A stretch of 63,899 nucleotides of DNA, counting the filler, from Intoshia linei (taxonomy: Eukaryota > Animalia > Orthonectida), in NCBI GenBank assembly GCA_001642005.1. It is 6 parts of 6 records of this genome, joined end to end, with 100 filler letters (N's around TTAATTAATTAA, not from the genome) between each part and the next. Parts side by side here need not be neighbours in the genome. Positions count along the whole stretch, not along the records: positions 19,369 to 48,561 come from LWCA01000392.1; positions 48,662 to 51,901 come from LWCA01002118.1; positions 52,002 to 61,178 come from LWCA01001386.1; 3 more parts are not named here. One strand, given 5' to 3'. Every line of letters starts with the position of its first letter. The first letter of the stretch is position 1. The position numbers were made by a program, and so were the translations under genes. Shown in pieces: positions 41,201-54,281 of this stretch. The notes under the pieces are model-generated. The model was not told where the DNA came from and searched no databases. It was given only the letters and a program-made list of their open reading frames with translations.

Positions 41201-44200
41201 AAAATTAATTTTTAAAAAATTATTTGATAATCTTATAAGTTATTTCGCAGTGGCTTTCTGATGGTGCAATTAATTTTTTGTTTTGATAAACCCATAGTAT
41301 CAAACTCGATAACTTTGACCTTAAAACCAAAGGTGAAATGATTTTTTTCAATACAACGTAAAATTATTAAAAAATATTAAAGTGTTTATTCATCAGCTAC
41401 AATTTGCGATTAACTTTCCGGTTAGCTCAGATCACCCGCCTTAGAGTTATTTTCATTTAAAGAATACATGAAAATACGTATTTTAAATTTTATTAACATT
41501 AGTAAAAAATATATTTTGCATTGATCCACCACAGAAAATCTGATACAAGTGCTACTGGATCTTTGCCTTTATAGTTTTTTTCAAATTTTTTCATCATGCT
41601 ATGTACACGTTCACCATGCTCATCAGATAATTCTACAGATAATAATACATGGCGCAATTGTGGGGAAAAAAATCAGTATGACAACGTAAATAATACATCT
41701 TGTGACTAAACAGACACCCAACTGCTTTGTAGGAATCGAATAACTCTTCTATCAATTCATTTAATTATTTTTGCGCTCCTTACCCAAAAAACCACGTACA
41801 TCATTAAAAGCTTGAAAACTTGTTTTAAAGTTTTAAATGTAGATAGAACATAGGATTTTTCAAAATCTTATCAATTTCAGGGCCTGTAAAAATCCATTTT
41901 TATAATTACAACTCATTTGTGATAAATTTAAATACATCGCGTTGCAAAAGTCTACATTAATATGAAGAAATTTATTTATTATTTAAAATTTGAAAGTGGA
42001 ATAACTTTTGAACCCGATCTCTAAAAATAATTTTGAATTATACAATTTGTTATCTAATATGTTTATAATAATATAAATTTTATCTGATTGTATTTTTCAG
42101 TGTCGCACCGTGTTATAGATGCGATTAATTATTAAAAATTAAGCGACGGATATTTACCATTGAGATCAATCAAAATGTAAAAAGTAGGTAAGGTAGATAA
42201 CATTTTATTTGTATTAGACCAAATATTTCAAATTCAAAGAGAAATAAAAATAATTAAAAATTAAAGGATACAGAGTAAAGAGAAGAGTAATGCTAAAAGC
42301 CGCTTAATGACGTTTTTGTTAACTAATAAATATAAAAATTACCGCATTTTTAATTTCATGGTATTGATCGTTAAATTTCTTTTCAAGCTCATTCAGATTA
42401 GAATTTAAAGCATTATTGGCACAATTAATTTGCTTTATCATCTAATAAATACATATTTATTGTAAATTAGTTCAGAATCTACAAAACATGAATAACATCG
42501 ATCTGGGGTTGGTCCAAATTTTATAAAATAAAAACATTGGTTCATTTTTATGTTGAATTTATTAAAATATCTAATTTAAAAACCAAACTTTGTGACAAGA
42601 AAAATTGAAATCAAAAATTTAATAAACAATCAATTATATTTGAACCAAAACGGTTCAATTTTCATCCATTTATTTAAAAAACTTGCCATAAGACTCTATT
42701 ACAGGTAGTGAGTGTGATTTCCCGGCAAATAACAAAAGTTGAGAACCGGGAAATTAAAAATTAAATTTCCTGGGAAAAATAAAAAAAATTTATTCATATA
42801 TAATATAGAAGATATTAAAAATTTTAGAGACCTTAATTAATTTTAGAAACAAAAAGAAATTTAATTAATAAAATAACACGAATCTAAATTGAAATTTACA
42901 AATTTAATTAAAAAAAAATTTATTTATTTTAGATTGTTGAAAAAGTGTTTAAAAAAACACATAATATTGATAGATTCGTCTTTTAAACGCGTTCTACGTT
43001 TTGTAACGAAATTAGAAGCAGTATAGAAATTCTTTCATTTTGTGTTGACGTAGGTTGAACGGTCAGAAGGGCTTCCTTTAATTTTAACAATCTTGATGAT
43101 AGCATTCCAGTTCGTAACAACTCATAATATTTTTCAAAATAATATTGGAAAAATAAAATAATTCCCTTAAGTGTTAGTAATTTGTAGTTGGAATAAGAAA
43201 TTTTTAAAAAAAGTATTGGAAAAAGGATATTTTTCCATTAAGGGCTGGAAAATGAAATTTTTTATTTGTGGTTTTATGAAGTGGATTTTTTTCATAAGAT
43301 TTCGTAAAATTGGATTTTTAAAAAAAGAATATCGGTGTAAGTCAATTTTTCCATGAGGTTTTGAAATCATATTTTTGATTAAATTTTATTAGTGGTGGGA
43401 TTTTTGAAATGGAAAATTTTAAATATAATAATATAATCATATTTTCATAGTAATAACAAACATAAATCAAATACAGGTATGTCTCAATTTTTTTCGGAAA
43501 ATCCCGGGAAATTGTAAACATCTCGGGAAATCTAATTCCCGGAAATTTTGTCCCGGCACAATCACTAATCACAGGGTGTATAAATCAAACTAATACATAT
43601 TAATTTTTGAGTTTTTTCACACCAAAATGTAATGTGTATAATATTCTGTATATATTTGTTGTTAGTCAATACCGGGACATGAATATTATAAATTATATAA
43701 ACACAAAGACAAATAGTTTCACACAATCAAAAAAAAATGATAATAAATCCACGAAATAATCAAAAAACTAGTCGTCAATCACATTTTTAAAATTATATAA
43801 AAAACCTTTTCATTATTTTCAATTTTATTTCTTTTTTCTTCAATCTCCTTTTTCATTTCAAACTTTGAAATTTTAAATTGACTACTTCTTCTTTTAATTT
43901 CATTTCCCAATGATCTGACAGTCTGAAACATTAAAATATATAAAAATGTAAAAACTTGTATAAATTACAGCATCCATTTGTTCTAAAAGAAAGGATTTTC
44001 GAGAATTTTGACGTTGAACTTTAATCAACATTTTTTCAGTATTTTTTAACTACATTAATTGAAGGTATTATAATGATTAATAATTAGCAATAAATACCTT
44101 TGATTCCTCAATTAGAGATTCAGTTTGCTAAAAAATAATTCAATGAATAAAATATGCTAATAATATAATGTGCAGTAGTGTGTTTCTCCACCGATGTGCC

Positions 44201-47200
44201 CACATAATTTTATGTGTGCCCAGCGAAAATTGAAAACTAACTGTCTAAAATTTCACTAGGAGACAGTTCATCAAATTTTTTTTACCAAAATAACAACTCT
44301 GTATCTTAAATTCACAGCTTTTACTTGTAAAATCTTACAAAATAGATATAAAATGTTAACTATTTTGTTATTTGCATGTGCACCAAAATAACAACTCTGT
44401 ATCTTAAATTCACAGCTTTTACTTGTAAAATCTTACAAAATAGATATAAAATGTTAACTATTTTGTTATTTGCATGTGCACCAAAATTTTTTTAATTATT
44501 TCCATGTACAACTTGTAAAAATATGGAAATAGAAATTTGAGAAACATTAATGTAGTACAATATAAAAATATACAAAATTTAAAATTAGATAGCACTATTT
44601 AAATTTTAAAACACGGTGTTTCAAGAACACTGGGAGTGATTTTCGAAAATGATAAACTATGCAAATCATTATAGAAATTATAAATTAAAGACCTGCACAG
44701 GCCGAAATTATCTAATTTTTATTTTTCTGTAACCGATGACAACTTATTTCATTACAATCTCCATTTGCACGAACAGTTAGTACCAATAAACATTAAAATA
44801 ATTTAGAACAGAGATTTTAAACTTACAACTACACTGACCCTTTCAACAAAAATTTTTCGCAAACCCCTTAAAAAATTGAAGAGGCCAATTTGTGAAATTG
44901 AAAAAATTAAAAATATTCCCTAAAATTTTTTGCAAACGATGTGTATTGTCACATAACCTAAACTACTTATCCACGGGTAGGACGTTACAGTTTAAATTTA
45001 AAAAAAAAAAATAATAGACTGTCAAAAATAAAAATTTTTTAAAGTGCTCATTTTGGAAAATTTATGCCCCATTAAACAAAATATTCGTCGATACTCCGTA
45101 CAGGGAATTCTGTAAAATAGATTAAACTATGCCATAGATTTTAATTTTATTATTATAAACATTTTGTTAATTTAAAAAATTTTGTTGATAATATGTAATA
45201 ATAATTATGCATAATGGTACACTTTCAACCGATAAAAGTTTTTTTTTAAATAATTAAGAATTACTGTGACAGAAAAATCTGTATCATTATCATGCAAATT
45301 ACTATTGTTGTTCCTAAACATTCAAATTTAAATATATTTGATTAAAATTACTCAAATTCATTTAACTGTGTTTCATCTAAATTATTAAAATTAAACTTGT
45401 ATAACATAATAACATTTTACATGGGACAACCATTTAAATTAATGTATTAACTTGTAAAATTTAAGTTTTATTTTCTCTCATTACAAAAAATGTCAAAATT
45501 TCGAATACACTCTAAATTTTTCAAACGTACCCCGATGCGAGCACTTTTATCTAAATAAAAATTTTTACAAACCATCATATATTAAACTAGTCTTATTGGG
45601 AAATACCCTAACTTATATAAAACTATTTGTTTATCTGTTATTGTTTATTTCATTAACTAAAGGTCTTAGAGTTTTAAAAATTTCACATTTCCATTAGTTT
45701 TTTCCGGTGATGAAATTAAGATAAATTTTAACCTCAGAAACTTACATCTTACCGATCAAAAACCCTAATTATTTTTTTTTTTAAAAATCAAACAATTATG
45801 ATATGAGAATATGGTTTAAAAAATATAGACTCATAGATTTTAAAATCAAAATTTTTTTTACCATATTTTCAAGAAATGTGTTATAGAATTTTTTAATCAT
45901 ATTCTCAGGTTGGTTTTTAGGGGGTTTTAAGGAGGGTTCTAGTTTTTTAATTTTAATTGTTCCATCTTATTTACGAAAGTACGATGTCTACACTGTAGAA
46001 TTTTAAAAACACCAATGTCTAATGCAGTTTTTCGAGGATTAGATTTTAACACAAATTTGATCTTTCAGGGTAAAACCGCCAAATTACCCGTCCTATTTTT
46101 AAAAATAAAACAAGACTTAGAATTTTATTAAGTGGTATTCTAAGTTTAAAGTATAACTAGAGTTTGTGTCTGTCGGTGTGTGCATTATCGTCATTTTTTA
46201 TAAAATCCGAATAGTTTCAGTTTTTAAAAAAGATCAGATTTAATACAGCTTTTTCCAGTTATCCTATTATTAGTTATGTATATAATATGCTTTGTTTGTC
46301 TGTGTGTGTAATCGTTTATTTCAATAACTACCAGTCTTAGAATTTTATAAATTCCACATTTCATTCTATTACAGTTTTTTCCGGGTGTTATTAAGATACA
46401 TCTTACAGGTCAAAAAGCTCAATTGTCCTTTTTTTGAAAATCAAACGAGTTCAAGAATTTAAAAAAGACTACACTCTGATACGGATTTTAAAATTATAAA
46501 TATTATCATAAATTTCAATTTAAAAAAATATAATAATTTATTCCATCTCAAATTCTCATTTTCAAAACATTTTTTTTAAAATTTAAATAAAAACTACAAC
46601 AGCGATATGACGGTTCCACTTCAAACAAGTTTGGGAACCAGTCCTATAAAGGATTGATAATAGTGAATAGTAGGATCTTTAAGTTAGATTTTCAAGGTGA
46701 ATTTATTTTTTTGGTAGAATATTAATGTGGCCTCAACAGAGCTAGGTGCGTAGTACATAACAGTCAACCTAGTAATATATAAAAATTTTCAATGCTATCT
46801 TAATTTAAGCATTAATTTTCAACAAAAGAATTTACTTTTTACCCTTTTTTTTTCGAAATAATTTAATTAACATGTAATGTAAAAAAAACATTTGATATAA
46901 TTATTGGTCCATGAATTTAAAAATAAAAAATTGTCTTCAAACGTTTGGGAACTATTACTTGAGAAGATTGGAAATAGTGCATAGTGGTATTTTCAATATA
47001 AGATTATATTTTTTGGGTATAATTAGAAAAGTCCGCCCTGGGCAGAGCTAGGTTCTGTTTGTATGAAGTACTAAACAGCCAAATTAGTACTGTATATAGT
47101 TATTACATAGATAAATACATTAATAGTAAAATAAATACCTTGATTTATATATAAATCCATTGCATTTTTTATGTTGTCAGAAATTCTAGTTATTAAATCG

Positions 47201-47805
47201 TCGCTTTTACCATCCTTATCAAATTCATGTAATGAAGATACTCTATTAATAGGTTTTTTTTCGTTTTTATTAAATTTTCTAGGTGGAATGGGTAAATCTA
47301 AATAATAAATTTTCAAAAATTGTAAGAAAAAAAATTTCAGACTAATTAGTCCACTGTCATAAAACTACCCAGGAAATTATGTCTACATCATAAATTATGA
47401 AGCCCTTTAATTTATATTTGATACATGTGAGAAATATTTCAGCTTTCATAATCCCAGATTATTATAATTAATAAAAGTTTATACCTATGTATAATTTTTT
47501 ATATAATAAAAGATCTTGAATTAATCCAAAATATATAATATTAACAACTAATAGATTAGACATATTCGCTGTAAGTATCGTACATTGTACGAACACCGTG
47601 TAATTAAAAAAATAAAAAAAAAAACCAAATTTTTCTTCTAAAATATCGTTCATATCGATTGATTCGTCTATGTGTGAAAATCCATTAAGAGATCCAGTTG
47701 AAGCAGACATAATTTCTTCAATTTTTTGTCGATAATTTTCATTGTCAATGAAACTTTCGCTTCTCTCATCTGAATATGTATGACTAATTTTAATTATTTA
47801 CCCAT
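38205..47805 (-). CDS. Long multi-exon coiled-coil protein, family unassigned
   Basis: ATGG micro-exon at 47805, then DERSESFIDNENYRQK..., LPIPPRKF... and many K/E/L-rich heptad exons (~43810, ~42345, ~40690, ~40090, ~39446). Ends KSSLEDKQKNKKIWK* at 38205. Confidence 0.65.
40984..42112 (-). mobile_element. Internally deleted Chapaev3 (CMC superfamily) DNA transposon
   Basis: Perfect 12-bp TIRs CACGGTGCGACA / TGTCGCACCGTG with 3-bp TSD TTA. Minus-strand relic IFTGPEI...GFLG...KMYYL..H.DFFP.N...SDEHGERVH...ALVSDFLW. Confidence 0.88.
42706..43567 (-). mobile_element. Non-autonomous hAT element retaining the dimerisation-domain 3' end
   Basis: TAGTGA termini, flanks ATTACAGG / ATCACAGG (7/8), subterminal CCCGG/CCGGGAA repeats. 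Relic EALLTVQPTSTQNERI...FVTKRRTRLKDESINIMCFLKHFF. Confidence 0.85.
44284..44487. repeat. Exact 98-bp tandem duplication
   Basis: ACCAAAATAACAACTCTG...GCATGTGC starts at 44284 and 44382, with a partial third start at 44480. Confidence 0.9.
46262..46772 (+). mobile_element. Apparently complete non-autonomous Helitron (~510 bp)
   Basis: A|TC start (46261/46262), TATATAATATGC followed by a TG-rich tract, and a CTAG|T end (46769-46773) with no TSD. Sister 3' ends (32938, 58420-58470, 62933) show a CTGTTTGTAC...GTACA(T/A)A hairpin about 5-10 nt before the terminus. Confidence 0.8.
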
Positions 47806-47969
47806 CCAAGATGTAATTAAAATTGTTCTTTATATACAGTAAAATTAATATCAAACGCTAAACCTGTTTTATAGTAACCTTGATACATCAACTCAAATGC
47901 CATTACATGTGTACTTTATTATGTGATGCATTTCATTAGTAACATCATTTTTGTCGTTTGAAGATCTTA

Positions 47970-48087
47970 AAACAATGTAGTACCTGGCGGACGCAAAAAT
48001 AATTAATTATTGACACCGGTGCAGAGTTAACTATTTGCTGCCATTTATCACTTAGAATAGAGTTGTTGGGAAACTTGGGATCACGAT
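47970..48087 (+). mobile_element. Retroviral-type aspartic protease fragment (LTR retrotransposon relic)
   Basis: LIIDTGAELTIC motif. Cut off by the hAT end at 48088. Confidence 0.5.
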
Positions 48088-48561
48088 CAGAGCCGTCTTA
48101 AGCCACTTCGTGGCTTGGGCTAAGCAAAGGGCCGGAGGCCGGATATGAAAAATTTATGTGATAAAAAATTTCGAGCGAAGCGATAAAAAAATTTTAGGGC
48201 CGCTTTTTAGAAGACGGCATATTGTTGGAGACTTAGAGTCTTATTTCATAGAGTATTAATAAAGGCATTAAAAGATATTATGTAGGTTTCTAGTAACTTT
48301 TATTTCTTTTACAAAAACTTATTTAATGAAAAAAGTTTACTTTTTCATTTGAAAATATGCACCATGCAGTCACAAAAAATTCTTGACAATTCTTCGCAAA
48401 CGTTGTTTTATCACTTTTTTCTGATAGAAATTAGATATGATATCAAAACTAATATCATTCAAAATATCATTTTCAATTGACATTAAGGAGAACACATTCA
48501 AACTAGATTGAGCTAAGCAATTTCGAAGTTCATTCTTAATTATTTTTAGTTTAGAAAAAGT
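48088..48561 (-). mobile_element. 3' end of hAT transposon (ZMYM1/Tip100-like C-terminus), truncated by gap
   Basis: TIR CAGAGCCGTCTTAAG shared with the 5788 MITE. Minus-strand FSKLKIIKNELRNCLAQSSLNVFSLMSIEND. Confidence 0.85.
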
Positions 48562-50164
48562 NNNNNNNNNNNNNNNNNNNNNNNNNNNNNNNNNNNNNNN
48601 NNNNNTTAATTAATTAANNNNNNNNNNNNNNNNNNNNNNNNNNNNNNNNNNNNNNNNNNNNAAAATTGTTTAAAAATTTGGCAAATACTTTATAATCATT
48701 TATAGTATATTTTATACTATTTTTTATTGAGAAGGATTTTTCAGTGTTGAACAGTGTAATTGATTATAATAAATATATTAATAAAATTAATTTAGATAAC
48801 GATATACTTTGTTTCGAAAAATTGGTAAGTACGTCAAACCGTTTAGCTGAAAATGCAGAAGTTGTACAAGTTTTATCTGAACAGAAAATTCTTTTTATTC
48901 TATCCTACGATGTATAATTCTATTTTTAAATAAACTGTATAATAGGGTATTAAGCAATTTTTTCTTTGTAATATTCATTTACAGTGAATTATATATTTAT
49001 TATTTATTCGCGAATAAAAATTATATTTTGATATTAATAAAAATTTATAACTAAGCGAATTTTTTCAAAAACGGTTTTTTACATCGTGATTTTTATTCAA
49101 AAATACACATGATCTACGTTTTAAAAAATATCAAAATTTTAAATCGATGTGAAACCCTAATGTATACTGGTTCACTTACATATAACAAAAGTTTCGGTCA
49201 GTTTGTTGAAATTTTGTTGGACAGTGTAATATGCTATGCAATATTTGTGTATGTGTGTTACCGTTTATTTCAATAACTACCATTTTTAGAATTTTATAAA
49301 GTCCACATTTTAACTACAGTTTTTTCCGGGGGTGTTAGCAAAATAAATTTCAACCTCCCAAACTCACACAGTACGGGTCAAAAGCCCAATTGTCCTTTTT
49401 TTGAAAATCAAACGAGTTCGAAAATTTAAAAAAAATATATAAGTCAAAATCTCATTTAACAAAAATGGAAAAACGTTAAAATTGTATATTCGTTAAATGA
49501 ATTTAACGAAAATATTAGAAATGTGCTGTTACACGTTTTAAATTTATCAAAATTACATTTAATATGAACAAATAATTAAACTTTTTATTATACATGTATA
49601 TAAAGATTCCATGACGTCATAACAGAATCGATCTAATATTTAAATTAAAGCCATATAATCATAAAAACATTAAAAAAACTAAAAACTACTAAAAAAATAA
49701 AATATTATTGAATTTACACGTTTGTTAATCAGAAATTCGTCAAATACCAGATATTTAAGAATTATAAATTTAGCCGTTTCTTAGAAAACCCCATTTTCTA
49801 AAATTATTATTCTAATATTCTAAACTTTAGACACTATATTTAAATATTTAAAAAAATGTATAGAATTCGCCATTATAACGGTATAGATTTTTTCCATAAT
49901 ACAATAATTTCATCATAATGAATAATTCATTAATCATCAAAAAATTGGAAAAAATTAAGTACATTGTAATTTTACTAATTTTGTATTTCATCGTAAAATA
50001 ATTGATACATTTCCAATTTCATATTTAAACCACAGCTATAAACCACATAATAAACCATACAGAAACAAATTAATCAAGACATTGTTACACGTTAAACTAG
50101 TTTCAATGATAAAAAAATAAATTTTTTTTTTCAATTGATACATTAATTAATTTAAAATAAAAAA

Positions 50165-51697
50165 ATGGATAGAACGGAATTGATGCTAGTTGTAAATCTT
50201 TCTCCCTTGGACCCAATAAAAGCATTTTATAAAAACAAATGTGTTATAATGGACAGTGAAAATGTTTTCATTTTAATAACATTTAATGAAAAAACTGGTA
50301 AAATTAATCAAGTTAATTGGATTAAATTTAATACAACAATGCGGTATAACATGAGATATCAAAATATAATTAAATATTCATTACGCGAATGTTCTGCTTT
50401 GATTGATTTAAATTTGTTTATCGAAAAAGATGAAAAAGAATATGCAAATAATTACTACAATGTGGTAGATCAAGATTGTAATGGTGATAAGAAAAAAAAA
50501 TTAAAAATTTTAATAAGAGATAAAAATGATGAAAATTCGATCCTTAATAAGAATAAAAATTTAAAAGATTTCAAGAAGAAAAATGGTGTAGATCATAAAA
50601 ACGGAAATATTAGCAAAGTTGATAATGGCACGGAAAATAATAATGAGACTAAAACTAAACGTATAAACGGTGATAAGGAAGATGGTATAATTGATAAAAA
50701 CAATAAAATGAATGAAACGGATAATTTCTTCAAAAAAGTTAATTCAAACTATACACAACAACTTGAAAGTAAAAAACAAATAACCCCCAAACTTTGCAAA
50801 TCAAATCAGGAAAAGAATGGAAACCTTTATAAAAATAAAAATTTATATCTTATGTTACTAACAGAAGGGGAAGTGGGAGTATTTAAAATTGATAGAAATA
50901 TTTTGAAATTAGTTTTCCACAAATCACTTCAACAGTACAAAGGAGTAATTACCGGCGATTTAGGTAATCATAACCTTGCAATAATAACAAAAAACTTTGA
51001 TGTAATTTTATTTGATTTATTGAAAGACAACTCTAAAGTGCTTAAATTGTATGAAATTAGAAATCTCTACTTGTTAAGTATAAATAACCATATCAAAACT
51101 TACAACGATTTACTTTTTTCTAAATTTGAAAAGGAAAGCATGTTGATAATTCATCAACGATATGTCGAAGTATATACGGATAATGTAGTAGATAATTTAA
51201 AAATGCCAGAAAATATAATTTACGGCTGTTGGTCTCATACGGCAGACAAAGTTTTACTTTTGGGTGAAGCCAATACTATATTTATTGTGAGTGTTTTTAA
51301 GGATGGTGCAAATATAATAAAATCATATGAAACTAAAAATTGTTCGTTTATACGTAGCAGAAATGAATTGTTTGGGGAAGTAGCTTGGCTTTCTGAGAAA
51401 GAAATTTTGGTAGACAAAAAATTTTTGCTTAATATTGACTCTGAAAATGAACCACATTATTATTATGAAAAATTTGTTGTACATGAAAATTTAACTACTA
51501 AAGATTTTACTCAAATGTTTTGTTTTGGTCAAAAATTTATAGCAATTTATTGTATTGAAAAGAGAGCAATATATGTTTACGATTTTCAAGAAAATGTTTA
51601 TACTTCAATTATCACGTTTACTCGATCCAAAATATATCAAATTGAGAGATCTCATTTTGATGACTCGAGTACGTTTATTGCTACCGGTAAAACTTAA
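50165..51697 (+). CDS. Large first exon of a probable beta-propeller (WD40-like) protein with an Asn/Lys-rich insert; 3' exons not seen
   Basis: 510-aa ORF with beta-strand repeats (IIYGCWSHTADKVLLLG, GEVAWLSEKEILV, AIYVYDF). Likely donor G|GTAAAA at 51687, about 215 nt before a gap. Confidence 0.6.
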   Translation: MDRTELMLVVNLSPLDPIKAFYKNKCVIMDSENVFILITFNEKTGKINQVNWIKFNTTMRYNMRYQNIIKYSLRECSALIDLNLFIEKDEKEYANNYYNVVDQDCNGDKKKKLKILIRDKNDENSILNKNKNLKDFKKKNGVDHKNGNISKVDNGTENNNETKTKRINGDKEDGIIDKNNKMNETDNFFKKVNSNYTQQLESKKQITPKLCKSNQEKNGNLYKNKNLYLMLLTEGEVGVFKIDRNILKLVFHKSLQQYKGVITGDLGNHNLAIITKNFDVILFDLLKDNSKVLKLYEIRNLYLLSINNHIKTYNDLLFSKFEKESMLIIHQRYVEVYTDNVVDNLKMPENIIYGCWSHTADKVLLLGEANTIFIVSVFKDGANIIKSYETKNCSFIRSRNELFGEVAWLSEKEILVDKKFLLNIDSENEPHYYYEKFVVHENLTTKDFTQMFCFGQKFIAIYCIEKRAIYVYDFQENVYTSIITFTRSKIYQIERSHFDDSSTFIATGKT

Positions 51698-52119
51698 ATA
51701 TTTATATGATTATATATAATTTCAACCTTTAAAATTCACATTTTACTTTTACTTATCCCAATTGTGTCTCTTTTTGAAAATCAAACGAGTTGGAGAAGTT
51801 AAAAAATTTCAATCCGAATAAGTGACGACTTCACGGCCAAAAAAGCCTTTTAGTATTCATATATTTTTTTTTTCGAAATATTTTATTAAAACAAAAAATG
51901 TNNNNNNNNNNNNNNNNNNNNNNNNNNNNNNNNNNNNNNNNNNNNTTAATTAATTAANNNNNNNNNNNNNNNNNNNNNNNNNNNNNNNNNNNNNNNNNNN
52001 NATATTAATATGACTATTCTATTATTATTAATTTTATTCTTACATCATAAATAAGATTGATAAATAAATATAATGCAACTTTATTTGATGTAAATTCAGT
52101 CAGTTTTTATATCGTACAC

Positions 52120-52850
52120 CAGTGTTTCCCAACCCATTTTGCGTTATCGCCCATTTTTTAGAATTTTATTAGATATATTATTTTTATCGGTTAGTAAAAA
52201 TAAAATTTTAATTTCAAAATGTAACGTTATATATATTGTACGAACAAATACATTTATTTTGTTTTGAACTGAATCAATTTTTCACTAACAGTATGATCTT
52301 TGCCGGCTCTTGCGATGAGATGAGACATGCGATAAGATGCCATTAATTCATTTTTATTTTTTATATGCTGGTTTTTAAATAATGTATTTTTAAAGTATGA
52401 CGATTCTGAAATTTTTGATAGACGTCTTCAAAAAATGTAACTGGCTTATTCACATTATTTGGATGTTGTGATTTAAGGTAATATAATAGGCGGGATGGTT
52501 TCATAGCTTCAATACACATGACACAACGAACAGAACGGTAATTGTTTCGAAAGACTAGATTCGATAAAACCCAATTTTAAATAATCGGTAGAATATCCAC
52601 GAATATATTTTTTGGAAGCAGGCATAACTAAATTTTATTAAAATATAAAAGGCAACATACTTACTACACAGATAATTGGTGTTAGATAACTTATATTGTC
52701 AAACTCTTAATAAATTAATTATCGTTCAATTTAATTCAATTTTTTTTTATTTGATAAAATTGAAAATTTAATTTGTTGAAAAAAAATTAAAAATATATAT
52801 TTTCGCATCGCCCAGTAAAAAATTCAAATCGCCCAAATTGGGAAACACTG
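52120..52850 (-). mobile_element. Internally deleted Buster/Charlie-type hAT element
   Basis: Perfect 13-bp TIRs CAGTGTTTCCCAA / TTGGGAAACACTG and perfect TSD TCGTACAC (nnnTAnnn). Relic BED finger (YSTDYLKLGF..PFCSLC..AMKPSRL..HP) and ASYRMSHLIARAGKDHTVSEKLI. Confidence 0.93.
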
Positions 52851-52859
52851 TCGTACACG

Positions 52860-53942
52860 ATGAGTCAATATATTTCTTATATAAATAATACAAGAAAAGT
52901 TGGAAAACTAGTTGATGAAAGTACATTTAATAATATTAAAAGACTGTATAAATCTGTAAAGCCTAATGAATTGGCAAAATTAACAAATTTATGAATTTAT
53001 TGCATTAGGAAGACGATAATCAAAATTGAAGAATTTGATCCTAACTCATGTATTATATTTATTATACTAACATGTATTAAAACTTTTTTGCAATTTTATA
53101 ACTTATTTATAGGAATCTGGGAAGAAAAGCAAAAAACCCTGTAGATTTGGAAGATAAATTGAGGAGCATAATCAATGATGATAATTCATTAACCCTAATG
53201 GGAATGCAGTAAACATTTACAGAAAATGATATAAATATTTCAATTTCTACAATTTCTCGAATTATTAAAAAAATAAATTATTCACTAAAGAGAATAAATA
53301 AATGCTTCAGTTACAATATCCGACATAATTCTGGAAGCTAGAAGGTCATACTGTGACAAATTAATGGAATATGGCACACGAATATCTTATTTTTAGAGGA
53401 AAGTGGATGTAATCTTTATACATCTATAAATTATGAATATGCCCTTGTTAATACTAATCTTCTGTTATACCAACCTGCATCCAAAGGAAAAAATATATCT
53501 ATGTGTGGGATAATATCTGATCGTACTTTAAAGCATTTTGAATTATGCGAAGGTTTTTATAATAGAGAAAAATTTCTCGAATTTTTAAATAAGTGTAAGA
53601 TTTATAGAGTATTTGAGAACAGGCCGATTATTGTAATGGATAATGTGAGGTTTCACCTCTGTGCAGAAATAATTTCTTTCTTGAGAATAGAAGAGAAGAG
53701 ACAATGTAGAACAAATATTCTTACCACCCTATAGTCCTGACTTGAATCCTATTGAAAACTTATTCAGCGTGATAAAATCACGTCTGAATAACATACGTCC
53801 TAGGGCTAACACTCGAATTAGTTTAGTTACAAATATACAATTAGTTTTAGAAGAAATTAAAACAGAGCAATCTATTTTTCTTAATACCTATAGATACATG
53901 TGGGACAAAGTCAATATGATATTCAGAAGACAAAAAAACTAA
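52860..53942 (+). mobile_element. Degenerate IS630/Tc1-like (DDE_3) transposase
   Basis: LFLEESGCNL, SKGKNISMCGII, IIVMDNVRFH and, after a frameshift, FLPPYSPDLNPIENLFSVIK. Several stops. Confidence 0.85.
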
Positions 53943-54281
53943 TGTTTAATACATTTTCATACATGTATTAATTTTAATTAAAACTTTTAAATTTAGTCAC
54001 AGACATTTTAATTCTTATAAAATTATCATTAATCACTTCTACACTTGTTTTTTTCGTTCAACTTTGAATATTAATTACATTTACTAGTATTTACTTAAAT
54101 ATTTATATTTTTGAAAAAAAAATTTATATTTATGAGAAACTCTGTAAGTCAATTTAATAATTTTTAATGAAAAGTAAACATTATATATTCAATATCCATA
54201 TAATATATTATATATGTAAATAATAGTAAACTTATCTTGATTAATTAAATAAGTTAAATATAATTATACTTACATCATTAA

